64,000 bases of DNA from Marsupella aquatica (GCA_973895155.1 OZ316891.1:2865801-2929800); one strand, 5' to 3'. Shown: positions 45,388-58,858, counted from the first letter of the stretch. The notes: generated from the letters alone by a model not told the origin. Made by a program: numbers and translations.

Positions 45388-48168
45388 TGTCATGAGATGA
45401 GAATGTTGGATTCAAGTTGGGATGCAAGATATCTCACGTTTCCATAAACACTACTGACTGGAGTTATTCCGAGCTCAGTCTTTAGAAGTGAGAAATAGAC
45501 AGTACATACAGTGCGACAGTGAAGTAGCTTCAATCGAAGGCAAGTATTTGAGTTAAATTCAGTTGTTCACATTTCCTTTGTACTCAATTACAATTATTTT
45601 AGACTTAGAGTTGGTTGGTGTTGATAGTAAAGGCTGCAACAAGCTAGATTGAATATTGCCTCAAAAGTGGTGTGTGCTAGAAAAATGCTCTTTGTCAGAA
45701 TGATATTAGCTTAAAGCACAAATCATAGGGAAGCAATTAGTCATTAGAAACCAAATGGGCATAAAATAAGGCCCTTAAGCCTTTGTAAAGGGCACCTGCC
45801 CAGATTTCTCCTTAATCTGCCCGAAAAACATTTGACGGATGAGATTAATTGCATCTAAGGTATCGTGAAAGGAATTGGCAAGCAGTTCTCTAAAGAAAGT
45901 TGGGATCTCTTTTGATTGTGGCGTAAGTACAGTACGTGTATGTACGTACGTAGATGTTGACAGGAATGCGGATCGTGAATGAGCCGACTCTGTCACTCCC
46001 TTTCCAAAGGAAACAGTCAAAATTGCATCCCGCGGGAGTGTTGCTGGCTTGCATGGAACTGACTTTTTGCGGGAGGAATGCCGAGGCATAGTGAATCATT
46101 TTTGAACCTTTCTCTCAACTGAATTGGATTTGAAGTGTTTGGTCAAATCCAATACCTTCCAAAGACAATCCGCGGGAGTGAAACTGAGGAGCGATGAGTA
46201 GAGTGTGCATCAAAAAGTAGAATTGAGTTGAATAGTGGAACATTGGAATGGTGAATTGAGCAGGGCGGTGCGATGGCGTCCCGATGGGCAGGAGGAATGT
46301 TGACAATGCCATACTGTGCAGCCAAAATGTATAAGATTGGGCAATTCTGCCCCGTGGGATTGTCATGGTTTTTGAGATTTGTGAGTTTAGAAATAGACTA
46401 AATAGCTCCACAATTCAAGCATCGTTATGTGGTAGACTTAGCGTCGACTTCAGGCCTTGCCAGTGCCATCAAATTGGAAGAGGAATAGTCTATTTTCCTG
46501 CTTTCAATTCACTCGCGACAGCAGCAATAGCTACAGGGAAGTGACTCGAGCGCAAACAAATTGTGGATGCAAAGATTAATTGAGCTTCCACTCGTGATCT
46601 TTCCATGCAAAGATTCAATAGCGAGGAGTGTGCACTGTCGGGTAGCAAATTGCGAGGATCGGAGAAGCTGGGACCAGGATAAGATTCGCACTGAGCCTTG
46701 GCCAAGAGTGAGCAGTGTTTGCACTGCCGGGTAGCAAATTTTAAGGATCAGCCACAAGCCTTTGTCGGCTTGCTGTGCAATTTTTTGCCTCTATTTACTT
46801 CTATGGGCCAGGCGATAGATCAGGCGATTCTGAATTGTTGAGGTACGAGAATTGTCCAATTGTTTAATTTGTAGAAAGCGTTCTTGCACTTTTGGTTCTG
46901 CACTGTGGTCATGTTCTCGTCATGCTGTGCTGTGTACAACTACATTGTCATGCTTTTCTCCTGTTTATGATGACCTGTAGAAGGGAATTTGTCGCTTGTG
47001 CTGCACGAGGTCTCCCAAGTTTAAGCCACGGACCATACTCGTCCAACTAGTCATCACATTTACAGGTATCCAATCTTGCCAATCATGCGGTTGTGCCTGG
47101 TTGCGTCTTTGACCAGGTTCAAGAATTCTCTGCTTAGTTATGAAATTTGCTTTTCAGTGGATCCCTGATTTGCTCCGCTGATGAAACAAGGCCCAGCCTT
47201 TGCTTAACCGGTGTGTAGGGGAGCAAGTTGGTGCAGCTGTCGGCCCTGAAGCAAATAGAGAGGAGACGGAGAAGCCTTTTGCACTTTTACTAAGAAAACA
47301 TACAAAGCAGTGAGTGCGCATCCGAACTTCTGCTCAATTTGTTCCTACTTACTGAAAATTGTTTGGTTTAGTGTCGACATTTACTGTACACAGGCTCCTG
47401 GTCTGCTACTGATGTCTGCTCTATGAATCTATGGTACGCATCAGAATAATGGATGTCAGGCTAATGCATTTTTGTTTTTGAAATTTACAGGCCAGTAGCT
47501 GAGTAGCGATCCACGTCGAGTTAAGCTAAAGCTTGTGAGATTTTTACTGACCATTCTAAGTGAGTTGAGAGACAGAACTAGTGGCGACAAGTGGGAATGC
47601 AAACACTCCCGCATGGTTGCTCCTTGTTTTGTCACTCAACAAGCTTCCAATTACTACTCAGTCTCGTGCAAAACCCCTGTATTCATCATGGTTGCCATAA
47701 GGCCAATTTACATGGAGAGTTTCTATCCTGAGAATGCGACTATAGATACCCTATTTAACTTGGTCCCCTTAGTGGATAATTGATAACTCTTTTTAAACTC
47801 ATGTTTACAGGAGTGTGTTTGGGAAGCCAACAATACCCGAATTGGTCTGCTTACACATATATTTGGACATTTCTTGAGGTTAGTGTAGACATAAAACCTA
47901 AGTAAAACCCCTGCTTTGCTAATTTATCGATTGAATGTGTCTAAACCTATATAATCCTTAATTGACTTGACTAGCCTAATGGCATGGTTTTTGTTTATGA
48001 GGGTATTAATACATTCTCATCAGAGTTTAATTCCTAGTACTGTTCATTTGATTTTTTAAAATTTGAAGTGAATGCTTAGGACCAGATGGGCACGGCTCAG
48101 AGGAGGTTCCAGCTATCATTGTTGGTGAACGTAGCATTCCAGGGAAAAAGAAAAAGAGAAAGTCTCAC

Positions 48169-49734
48169 TTGTCTAAGCCTGATATTGCTAAGAAGCAAAG
48201 ACTAAATGGGGCCATTAGACATAAGTGGATGGCAACTTGGTACCTTAACCTTGTTAACATCAGCATGGTAGAAGATGAATATAGCACACCTGGAACTCCT
48301 TATGGCCTTCACATGTTTGTCCAATTTCTGTTTGAAATTGGAAAGGAGGCAATATCCGAATTCTTAGCAGATTTGATAGCCTCCGAAGGTAATATAGACA
48401 AAGCCAGCAAAGAGGACAACGCCTTGTTGGAGATGTGCAAGCAAGGTGCTTTGAATTGGAAACGCGAGTGGGCCCTTTGGTTGGATTCTGCAGAGAAGAA
48501 GGAGTGGATTACTACGGAGGAGGGGGCATTAGTGTGGGGGGTGTTCACAACTGATGAGGCTTTCCTGACCAACCGCAACACTCTAGCTGAGGAGATAGAA
48601 GGGTGGTTCAATGCATCAAGTGGGTCTACAGGAAGAGTGGTGACCCAAAGACAGGTTGATGAGCCCATTACAGACCCCTCCCTTACTTGTATCTCATTGA
48701 AGGACCTATACTCTCCTTGGGATGATAGTTCACATATTTGCAGTGATTCTCAACATGATTATCACCTTGTCCGTTTTGTTGGGGTGCATCTTGTTAACTT
48801 ATTTGGAGCATCCATGGTGTATGTGGCCAAACGCTTTAAGAGAGTTAACTATGAACGCCATATCTTGCCTCAACACCGCATGTTTTCAGAAATGCAGGTT
48901 TGTGGGGTAAGGATGTGTGGATTAGTTAACCCTGTAGCCATGATAAATGATTATGAGTGTCCAACACTCATTTTTCCATACTGGAATGGAGGGACATTGG
49001 AAGACATGTTGGGCCACTTGAGGGAATTTCAAAACAACCGAATGTTGGGATTCAATGAGGCACCAGAGCAAAGATTGGCCATTTTTATGGACAGTTGCTT
49101 AGAGATTTCCCTTGCCCTTTTAGAGACACTCCGATGTATGCATTCAAAGGGGTGGCTTCACAATAGCCTGCATGCTAGAAACATCCTTTTACATTTTCCA
49201 ACATGGCAATGGACTAAAAAGGGAGAGCAAAAAGTGACTGGGACCACTGATCTTGTGTTTGTTGGCATCTCAAACTTTGGAAGATGTTGCAAAGTCATGG
49301 GAACAAAAGAGGACTGGGCTCCCAAGTTTGGAGAATGGAATTGGGAAATCAACCCAGTTGGCCCCCCTCGTCACATAGCCCCTGAGTTGTATATGGGGGA
49401 GAACAACCGACTTTCTCCCTCTGACGGGTCAAGATTTTACACTGAGCTCACTGATGTCTATGCTCTTGGCACCTCAATTAGAGGGATGTGCAAAAACTAC
49501 TTTGAAGGTTGGGAAAGGGTGCATTACATTGGTTGGCATGATAGATTGGATCATACACAGGCCTTTAGAGATAAGAAGGGAGTGGCAAGTAGGTTAGTGC
49601 ATCTTTTACACCGTTTGGCACATCCAGACATGAAGATTCGGAAAACAGCAAAGACTAATGCAAGGCAATGGAAAGAGGATCTGGGTGTGAACTCTAGAAA
49701 TGTGTATAGGCCATTGGCTGGATGGTTTACTTAG
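48169..49734 (+). CDS. Protein-kinase-fold protein, probably catalytically dead; further upstream exons likely at ~46980-48170
   Basis: VAKRF, PYWNGGTL, WLHNSLHARNILL (HxD is HNS), GISNFG (DFG is NFG), HIAPEL, TDVYALG; the track start is TTG, so the true start is uncertain. Confidence 0.75.
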   Translation: MSKPDIAKKQRLNGAIRHKWMATWYLNLVNISMVEDEYSTPGTPYGLHMFVQFLFEIGKEAISEFLADLIASEGNIDKASKEDNALLEMCKQGALNWKREWALWLDSAEKKEWITTEEGALVWGVFTTDEAFLTNRNTLAEEIEGWFNASSGSTGRVVTQRQVDEPITDPSLTCISLKDLYSPWDDSSHICSDSQHDYHLVRFVGVHLVNLFGASMVYVAKRFKRVNYERHILPQHRMFSEMQVCGVRMCGLVNPVAMINDYECPTLIFPYWNGGTLEDMLGHLREFQNNRMLGFNEAPEQRLAIFMDSCLEISLALLETLRCMHSKGWLHNSLHARNILLHFPTWQWTKKGEQKVTGTTDLVFVGISNFGRCCKVMGTKEDWAPKFGEWNWEINPVGPPRHIAPELYMGENNRLSPSDGSRFYTELTDVYALGTSIRGMCKNYFEGWERVHYIGWHDRLDHTQAFRDKKGVASRLVHLLHRLAHPDMKIRKTAKTNARQWKEDLGVNSRNVYRPLAGWFT

Positions 49735-50101
49735 GTGATAGACTCGTACATTCTAGGTGGCTTAATTTGGACAGGATAGGCTGTTTTATCGGCAATGGAT
49801 GTGGCCGACAAAAAGTTACTTTGTCTATCATTATACATTAATGAAGTATATTTCATTGTTGACCACCTATTGCAAAAGCTGGTGAAAGGACAATTGCCGG
49901 CATGCCAGTTTTGTATTATTAAGGATTTTTGCCTTAAGGCACAAATGTTCCATGCCAATGTTGTATGTTTGGGGTGCATGTATGGGTGGCTTGATCAACT
50001 GATGAGGGTGATTATTTTAACTGCCAATATGAGTTTTATTTCTGAGTATGAGCTTGCCCTATGGCTAATGAAGATATGTTTATTGTACTCTCTTATACAG
50101 A

Positions 50102-52933
50102 ATGATGGCCTTGGCAGATGTCACCAACAAATGGGGCAAGGCCTATGAAATTCGCTTTTCAGTGGATCCCAAATTTGCTCCGCTGATCAAACGGGGGCTC
50201 AACATTGATTTACAAACGCAAAAAAAGTCTTTTTCAACAAAAAGGGAAGAGGGGTGCACAAATCTTGACTTGTGGATAGATGGAGGCATATACCCTAGAG
50301 ATCCAAGGACTAACTTAGCTCCCCAGTTCACCAATTTAAAAGAACTTGTGGTCTTCTTTTGCCTTGGGAAAAATGGGTTTTATGGGTATGCCCAAAGCCT
50401 TGCACAAGAGCATGACAGAACTCGTGAGAGAGAAGAACATGCTCTTGCCATCAAAGGCCTAGAAATTGATAAGAGTGTTTTATTAAAGGATAATCTTCAG
50501 TCAAGGGTAGAAAATTTGGGTTTGTTGGCGAAGATAAGGTCATTGGGAGATGACAAGGAGCAGATGTTAGAGAGGATTACTGAGCTAGAGGAAAGCTTAG
50601 CAAGACAAATACAGGTTGTGCAAGACCTGAACCTGGCACATAGAAGAGCATTGCAAGGCAGGAGCAAAGTGTTTGCTTCATTGCGATACAAATACGAGAA
50701 GCTGTTGCGAGATGGATCGACAGGTTCGCAAAAGGAAAAATTTGACAAAGCTTAGCCAAACAGGTGGGCATGCAAAGAAACTGAAACGCCAAGTTCGTTC
50801 CCTACTACAAGCAAGCACAACGAAGCAGGCTCAGGAACAGAATGCAGCAAGTGGGACAAAACAACACTTTTGTGGAGATGTTGATGCACAAAGGCATAGT
50901 GCTATCTTAATTGCAAGCATGTTGACAAAAAGGGAGAAGGAATATATGGTGCAACAACCCAACATGACAACAACAATTGTGAAGGCCACAAACAATTTAC
51001 TCACTGAGGTTGGAGATCATGTCCAAGCTAGTGATATGTTGGCTGCGTGTGACACAACAGGTGTATCTCAAAAAGGATTTGCTGCAATCCGTAAAACTTT
51101 GAAGAATGGCTTCAAGGTTGTGCATCCACAATTGAAGCTTGCAGCTGCTGTTCCAAGTTCACATCAAGTGACCAAGTTGCGGACAGAGTACAATGCAAAC
51201 CTGTCGCAACTCATTGGTGACTACAAAAGCCTACACATGGAGCTTCCGGATGCTCCAACATAAAAAAAGGCCAAAACCACTGATGGTTCCAAACCAAAGA
51301 AGATATTGCTAAGTGACAAGAATTCTCTATTCGTTGATCTTGAAGTGGTTCAAAAAAATATGGTCAATTTTTATGGAATCACTAAGGAGGAGATTGGTGA
51401 AGCTCCACTACTTTTTGTGCTCAAACTTGACGAGGCAGAGATTGTGAAAAATCAGAAGTTTGAAAGAGTCTCCATCACCCTTATGAATCGAGCATTGGAT
51501 AGCACAATCCTACATGATGATCCTCGATACTTCTCGGTGCAATCCGATCGTGATATTTGGCCTGTGGCTTGCTTTGAGGTGGCAAAGGAGTCGCATGCAC
51601 AACTTAAATACATCTTTGGTCATACATCATTTCCAATGGTCATTGAAGCACAAGAAGCAGGGAAGTTGCTGCAAGTCCCTGGAATGGGGGAATACAAAGT
51701 GGAATGGCATCTTACAGCTGACATGAAGACAATTAAGTGCATGTATGGTTTGCAACATGGTGCAAATGCCAAACACTCATGCATATATTGTCTTCAAGAG
51801 AAATCAAGTAAAGAAGCACTGGGGAGTGATACTGCTGCAAAGAAAGCTGCTAAACTTCGACAACAACCTTCTTGGAAAGGTGGGCTATTCTCCACATGTT
51901 TTGGAGCTGAACCTAGCCGTGGGACCTCAACTGATGTTGTTTGGGACCCAATATTTGCAATACCATTGACAAGGGTTCACATTTGCACATTGCATGCCAA
52001 TGTTCGAATGGTGGAGAAAATTTTGCATCTCCATTTCATGTTTGTTTGGAACATGCAAAATAAGGGTTTGCAAGTGAAAGCCATACAAGAAATGGAAGAT
52101 TCTTTGTCATCTGCCGGAGTTCATGGAGGTAATGTGCGAATATTCAAAGATCCAAATCTTTCGGGATCAACAGGGAGTGTCCCAAATCGACCTAGCATGA
52201 ATGGAGCGCATGTTGCTAGGTTATTCAAAAGAAGCTCATCGTCAGATAAGGAGAAAATTTGGATGGATATATGTGCCGCTGATAATCATAATGGGCAAGG
52301 CGGAAAATTGTCTAGGATGCGCATGTGGAAAGCTTACGAGGAGTTGCAACCATACCTCACTGGGCTAACCTTGACTGCCTCACAAAGGGTGGCATTCAAG
52401 GACAAGATTGAGAATTGGGGTTGGTTGTATATTGAAGCCTTTGGTGAGCACCATGTGACTCACTACATGGTAAGTGGCTATATTATGAGTGACCCTTATT
52501 TGCATAATAGTGCCATAGATAGACACCGCAATATTTTAGTGAGAACTTCCATCAGTTGTTCCTGGCTACATCAATAAATATCGTGAAAGTATACTGGCAT
52601 TATATCTAATGTTGGCTTTGCCCACAACTCTTCTGATGATTGCAGCATGTTTTGGTTCGGCATGCGCCTTGGTTTGTGGACAAGTATGGGAGTTTGTCAG
52701 TTTGGAGTTCTCAAGGTATGGAAAAAAGTCACTCATCAGCTAAATCAGCATACCAACGACACACACAACATGGTGGCACAAAGAACCGGACATCACCAGT
52801 AGTGCAGACATTTCAACATTGGTACCGTATTATACAACACCGAGAGAATAGCAAACTGAAACTTGCACATGCAGAGGACACAATATCCCATGGTGTCACA
52901 ATGACCAATGAAGAAGATGAGAGTGCAATGTGA
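50102..52933 (+). pseudogene. RAG1/Transib-like (or Chapaev-related) DDE transposase; frameshift near 50710, TAA at 51261-51263, intron 52470-52645
   Basis: FVLKLDE; QSDRDIWPV...KES; TADMKTIKCMYGL...HSCIYC; CTLHANVR; MNGAHVARLF; after splicing YMHVLVRHAPWFVDKYGSLSVWSSQGMEKSH. Confidence 0.85.
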
Positions 52934-53196
52934 CCTCTTGAAATAGTCAACTGATGCACAATAGTTTTCATTTACTTGTGGCAAGAGTGTACATTGAAGT
53001 AGATCTTTACATTCCTGAGTAGCTACCTACTATGCCATGGAGTAAGGATGGCATGGCTTTGTTTACACTGGGCATACTTTAGGAGCAAAAAGTGACCAAC
53101 GAAATAGGTTGCAAAAGGCTGTTGCATTTTATTGATGATAGATTCATAGACCTACTAGCTAGCTAGGCAGCTTTACACATGACTTGCAATGTGGTC

Positions 53197-54612
53197 CTAC
53201 ACTTTTTTAATGCGGAGAAAATTTCCTTCGCCAATGTCCTGGACTAGCATCACCTTCTCCTTCCTTGCATTTATCTGCAGATTCACAAGTACTGAAGTCA
53301 TCAATTATAGTTGAATGGTAAGGGTTAAAAAAGTGAATGATTAGAATGTGACTTTTAGTTAAGCTGCACAAAATAGTATACCAATTACCTTCTCCCAACG
53401 TCCCTTCTTTGTTGGCCTAACAATGCCAAACAGGAAAGTAGTCTCAGCATCCTCTGAGTTGATGTAGAAGCACACTTCTTCCCGCAGATCTCGTAAGCCC
53501 CAATTTTTTCCAACATCCAAGTTCACATGTGTTCCATCAAAAAGTTCAACCTCTAGGTCCATCATTTCAACAGCATTAGCTTGGTCCATTGCAACCCACA
53601 CATCTCGCACAAGCCGTTCACGCACATAACCAAAAGTCACATACAACATTTGTCGTCCCACATGGTACCTAAAACCAATCGATGGTCGAAGAACATGACA
53701 CTTAATAATGTCATTTGCAGCCTCAATTTTAACATCCCAACCTGGATCCATTAGAGATGCAAGTAGGGCTTCAGAAGCTGGTTTGAAGACACACAAGGTC
53801 TTAGTTTGACGCATTCCCATACCCCCTTCAACATTAAAAAGGTCTATCATGATATGGATTGGCATGAACCAACTTACTCTACACACACGGCCACCTGTAC
53901 TTGATTTCATTGCCAAATGGAAGTCCCCAAAGAGTCTAGCACGAAATGATTCACTGCTGCTCATATCTGGAACTGGCCACGAGGGATCTTGGAATGGAGG
54001 AAGAGGTATAGCTGTCAAGGTTCCAAACTTCCCTTTTTTCAAGGGTGGTATATAGGCCGCATCATAAAACAAGATGCTAGAATGTAGCAACTCCTTGTGG
54101 GTTCGAGTTCCTCGAGTGGCTTCACCAATCACTCCATGTCGCACCACAACCACATCCAAAATAGAAATTGGGTCTTGCCAATCTTCACACTTTGTTGGAT
54201 AAATATCTGTAAAGAACAATACAAGCAAATCAGTTAGACTTCCACCAAATACTAGTGGCCCAAGATAGTCATATAACCTAATGTCCAACATGGGATTAAC
54301 TATGGAGGCCTCACAGAATCACTTACAATTCAACCGGTTGCTTGGTACCCCATGAGAGTTTGACTTGACTTGCAATTGGCAATGATAATATGCATGTGAC
54401 ACCAAAATTGATTGTATTGATGATGAACCCGGAGTAAACTTGAAGTTTTTGACTTGGCCAACAATATCTTGTTTGGCCCATGGCCCTTTTTTTGGTGGGT
54501 TCAAAGTAACCCATGAACCTTTATCAATTCTTTTGGGAACCCAAACATCATTGTTGTCCCCCTTGATGTGGATGAGGACTGATTGGACCTCTGAGCGAGG
54601 GCGCTTCGTCAT
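53197..54612 (-). CDS. Intact 3-exon 393-aa protein, putative N-terminal BAH-like and C-terminal ubiquitin-like domains
   Basis: Exons 54612-54327, 54206-53389 and 53274-53197 with GT-AG introns join into 1182 nt with no internal stop; domain calls are by pattern only. Confidence 0.7.
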
Positions 54613-55258
54613 GAAAGCTGAGTTGTACAATATTCCACAATAGTCTGCATGTTGGAGTACACCCAATCTTTGACATAAGTGACTCAATTACATGTGGCAT
54701 TTTATGTTTAATTTCAAGTCAAGAAATATACTGATTTCACCCTCCGAGTATGTCCAAAATAAAGGGTGGAATAGTGGTTTGGTTGGTTTAAGTATTCACC
54801 CACATTTTGATGTTCAATGATGATATGTAATTTCATTTAACTTTCCTTCATCAAATCCTTGTTCCACATGTTTTGGTACACTTTGAATAGATTGTACAGA
54901 CTCATCACACTTGAGGTATTGAAATAGTAACCTTCAGTACATAACAAATCTGGGGTCCCAATGTTAATCAAATTTAATTTAATTAAACATGGGGTCCAAT
55001 AGGCACATTCAAGTAGGAGATCATAGTGTTTAATAGGCAACTAACTTTCTAGATGGATGGGTACAGTTTGGTTGCAATATCCAGAACAATATATTACGGC
55101 ACCCTGGATATGGAAAGTGGATTATTTTTGGCTAGAATGGACCTCACTATTTGCCAAAGGCAGGCCGCTGTGCAGCCGGTTTTCCATTTGCAAGGGCTAC
55201 TCATTGGGCTGAAGTGCCTTAACATGCCCCGCGATATACTATTTGCCGCAATGGCGAG

Positions 55259-56648
55259 TGTAACCTGACTGCTAAATGAGTCACGGTTCTACACGTGGCA
55301 TTTTGAGTCGTGCCGATAAGCGGGGACGATGGCTGGAGTTGCGAGAGACGGAAGCGACGACACAGATGTAGCGACCGTGACTTGCAGAACCACCACCAGG
55401 ATCGGCAGCGTCAAAATGCCACCGCCTGCTCATCTCCATGGCTGCTCGCTATTGGGATTGATTGTTCCTACACAACCCAGCAACCTCGATGGACAAAAAT
55501 TGATCAACGCAGTAGGTGGATCGATCGGTTTCCTACACGACAAAGCAATGTCGAAGGACCACTGCAAATGGATGTGAATCCGAGCGCAGACGAGGACAGC
55601 ATGGTGAGTCGATCAATCGAAAGAATAGGAGAGGGTTATTAGTTTGGCACGAGCTTGCTTCAATCAAACTGGAGCGGAGTGTTGGGTTCAGGAGAGCTGC
55701 AGAGCATAGCAGAGGAGAAGAGAGGAGAGCCTGAAAGGAGACGTCCTTCATGAGTGACTTGACCGGAAGCAACCTTGGGTGTGCGAATTAGATTCACTCA
55801 TCCCTTGTCACCGCCTGTCATGTCTCTCAGTTGGAGACTTGAATTCAAGGTGTGGATTGCCAACTAATGGTTTCTATAAGAACACAACCGGCAGCATGTG
55901 CAATTCAACTTCAGGCAGCTCTCACCTTCAATTACACTGGGCCTGTAACCAAAGCATTCACATCCACAAAACCAAACTTAGCCCCAATCGAATGTCACAT
56001 TCTAACTGAATGAAAGAGTCCCGTTACTTCCCAAATCAAAAATCATGTGAAACGCGACCATTCACGAAACCAAAATTAGCCCCAATCAAATGTCACATTC
56101 TAACTGAAGAAAAGTCAGAGTCTTTACTTCTTCCCCAATCTGGAATCCTGCATTAGCCAGTGGCAAATCAGTCACAAAATGAGCTCCGTGTTTGAGCCAT
56201 CATTAATCCCCGCAGAAAGTCTACTCAAATGTGACAATCAATTCATCACCCTCGACGAAGTGACCGCAGTTGAGAAATCAGTGATACCTGGACTAGGACC
56301 TGGAGATTTCTAAGAGAGAATGAGCCAGAGGATAGGATTGTAAACTCGTCCATGCATGATTGATCAAGAAGCGCGCTAGCTACAGCACATAAACTCTTAC
56401 ATAGACACTTATGCATTCAAGACTTTGGATGCGCCGGTGCACAAAGCCTTGCCTAGTTTACAAATGATCTAGAGCAAACCTGAGCTAGTTATGTGTCGTT
56501 CTCGATTCTTGCCACCTCTCGATTGCTATCCATACTCTTGAGATGATTATGTACTTCCGGGTGCAAATATGAAATCTATCGGCACATCCAAATTTGAAGC
56601 ACACCTCATCGCGCGAGCGTATGCGCTAAGTTCCCTACTGTCACAACA
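55259..56648. mobile_element. Candidate LTR of a further retroelement (possibly the 3' LTR of the minus-strand element carrying 57198-63922)
   Basis: TGTAAC...ACAACA ends, internal ~50-bp direct repeat (55966, 56064) and a weak minus-strand purine tract at ~56650-56660; no TSD or partner LTR in the window. Confidence 0.3.
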
Positions 56649-58858
56649 TTAATCTCCCGACTACACTCGGCCATGCATTGCCAATTGCCTCAGCCAATGT
56701 GCTCTAGCTTGCGAGACCGCAAATTGGCCTGTATCCACATCTTAATCTGCAGCACACATTGCGTGAGCAGATGCAGCACTAAGTTCTCTAACATCAAGTT
56801 CATAAAGCTCCTGACTGCCCTCAGCCAGCTTGCAAGATCAATGGCGAATTAGTCCAATTTGCTTTCGTCTTGGCCCTCCCCCTTCGCGCCTTGCTTCGCG
56901 CCAAAGAGTACCTGGGTTTCTCTGCCACTTCGTACTCGATCTGTACAGTCTGGGCGTTTTGCCTTCTGGCCGCCTGGCCGCGCGATGTTGACTCCCCCTT
57001 TTTCTTTTGAATGGACCAAGGAGACGGTTCTTTTTTCCCTCTGACTGACACCCTAACTAGTGAGGTGGCACACCCATGAATCCATGGAAATGTACTTTGG
57101 GCAGCTTTGGGGCAGTCCTATGAAAACTTCTAAATTCCAGTCTTTAATTGTGGCAAAACTATTTCTAATGGAAGCAGAACTTTTGAATGTGTTTAGATTA
57201 CACCTGCCTCAAACGTAGGATAGCATTCTTCTTCTTCTTTGGTTTGGCAGCTGGCCCCTTCCCCTTGCCACTTACCTCCGGCACCGGTGCGAATGTCTTG
57301 GCTTGTCCTTCGGCCAGTACTACACCAGGTAACTTGGTTGCCCCAATTGGAGTTGGTCCTGAGGAAGCCAAGCACTTAAATACTGCGACCTGTTTCTTCA
57401 GCCGCTCCGTTTGGTTGTCGGCTTGCCGCTGTAAGTTTTCCATCTTCCGCGTGCTTTCCTCCAACTCCTCCTGCAATTCATCCAAGTCCTTGCGCGCCTC
57501 CTCTCGCTCCTTCTGGGCTTCCTCCAATTCCTTCTTTAAGGTCACCCTCTCCTCCTAGGTTGCTCTCAGCTCCTTGTCGAGCTCCGTAATGACCTCAGAC
57601 TCCATTTTATTCATCTTGGCATAAGTCTGGTCGAGCTGGTCGTCTTTCTCGCGGACGTCGGCCTTGAAGCTGGCCATCATGGATGCGAGCTCTTGCCACA
57701 GCACGATAATCTCCTGATAGGATTTCCCTAACTTGGCCTCCTTCTGCTCAAGGGCTTCGCGAATATCCTTGAGTTCCCCCTTCAGCGCCCTTTCCCTTCT
57801 CTGAGTTTCTGCCATGGCCCGATTGTTGGTTGCTATGTGGTCCTCCTCTGCGTCTCTCAGCTCTCGCTTCCACTTCTCCTTCTCCTTGATCGAATTGGCC
57901 AGATCACATTGGGTCCAAGTCAGTTTATCCTTGATAATTTGATTATCAGACTGTGCAGTATCCAATTGCCCTGCATGATGTTGAGCTCATGCCGCTTAAT
58001 CCACAGCTCATCTTGGACTTTCTTGGACGCCTCCAGGTCTTCTACCTCGGCTTCCCTTGCCCCAAGCCGACGGATGACCTTGTCCTTCTTGCTTCTTTCC
58101 AAAGCCACCGCTTCTTCTAATTGGTGCTTCTCCAACATTTCCCTCTGGAAAAAAGATCCCCAATGCTCCAACTCCTCCCCAAACATGCCGAGCGCAAGTT
58201 CCCCACACATCTCCCCGTACTCCATGGCTCATTCTTTAGCATAGGTGGAGTGAGTAGAAGTCATCGGCATAATCCACCACGGCCTTTGTTCCCAGGCAGC
58301 CTTGCGAATTTCTTCTATCGTGGCTGGCAAAATGCTTCATTTTTTCTGCAAGCCACCGGATGTCCTCTGGCCATTCTCCTCCTGGTAAATCCTTCTCCCT
58401 TGCCAGGACTGCCTCCTCTTCCTCCCTGCGTCGTTCCTGAAACTCCTCTCTTGTGCCGTCTGTTTTATGCCGTCAAAACTCGGGGGAGCGACATCTGGTG
58501 GGGGAGATTCGAGGCTCCTCTGCTGGGTCGGGTCCCCTCAAACTACTCTTGGAAGAGTGGGGATGAACCTGCCACAGGTCCTTATTCCTGGAACATGATG
58601 GTCCGACCCGTAGCCAGAGTCATCATTGTCGTAGCCTTCTACCGCCTCCTCCTTGGCTTGGACTACCAGCTCCCCCCGCTGCTATCCTGGTCCTGCCGTG
58701 AACGCAACCCCATAGATCACGGGTCCTGGTTCCTCCGGCTTCCACGTTGATCTCATCTTCTCCCTGTCGTGACCAGGGGCCTCGGGCTGCTTCTCCTCGG
58801 CTTCGCGACTTGAAGCTCCTACATATATTCGGACTCCCGGCTCGTGTTCCGGCCCCCT

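Noticed and set aside
47986-47994. GGTTTTTGT, an RSS nonamer match
   Set aside because: No heptamer at 12- or 23-bp spacing; lies in probable intron sequence and is likely chance.
53197-54612. True RAG2 homologue
   Set aside because: No kelch repeats, acidic hinge or PHD cysteines; only the position is analogous.
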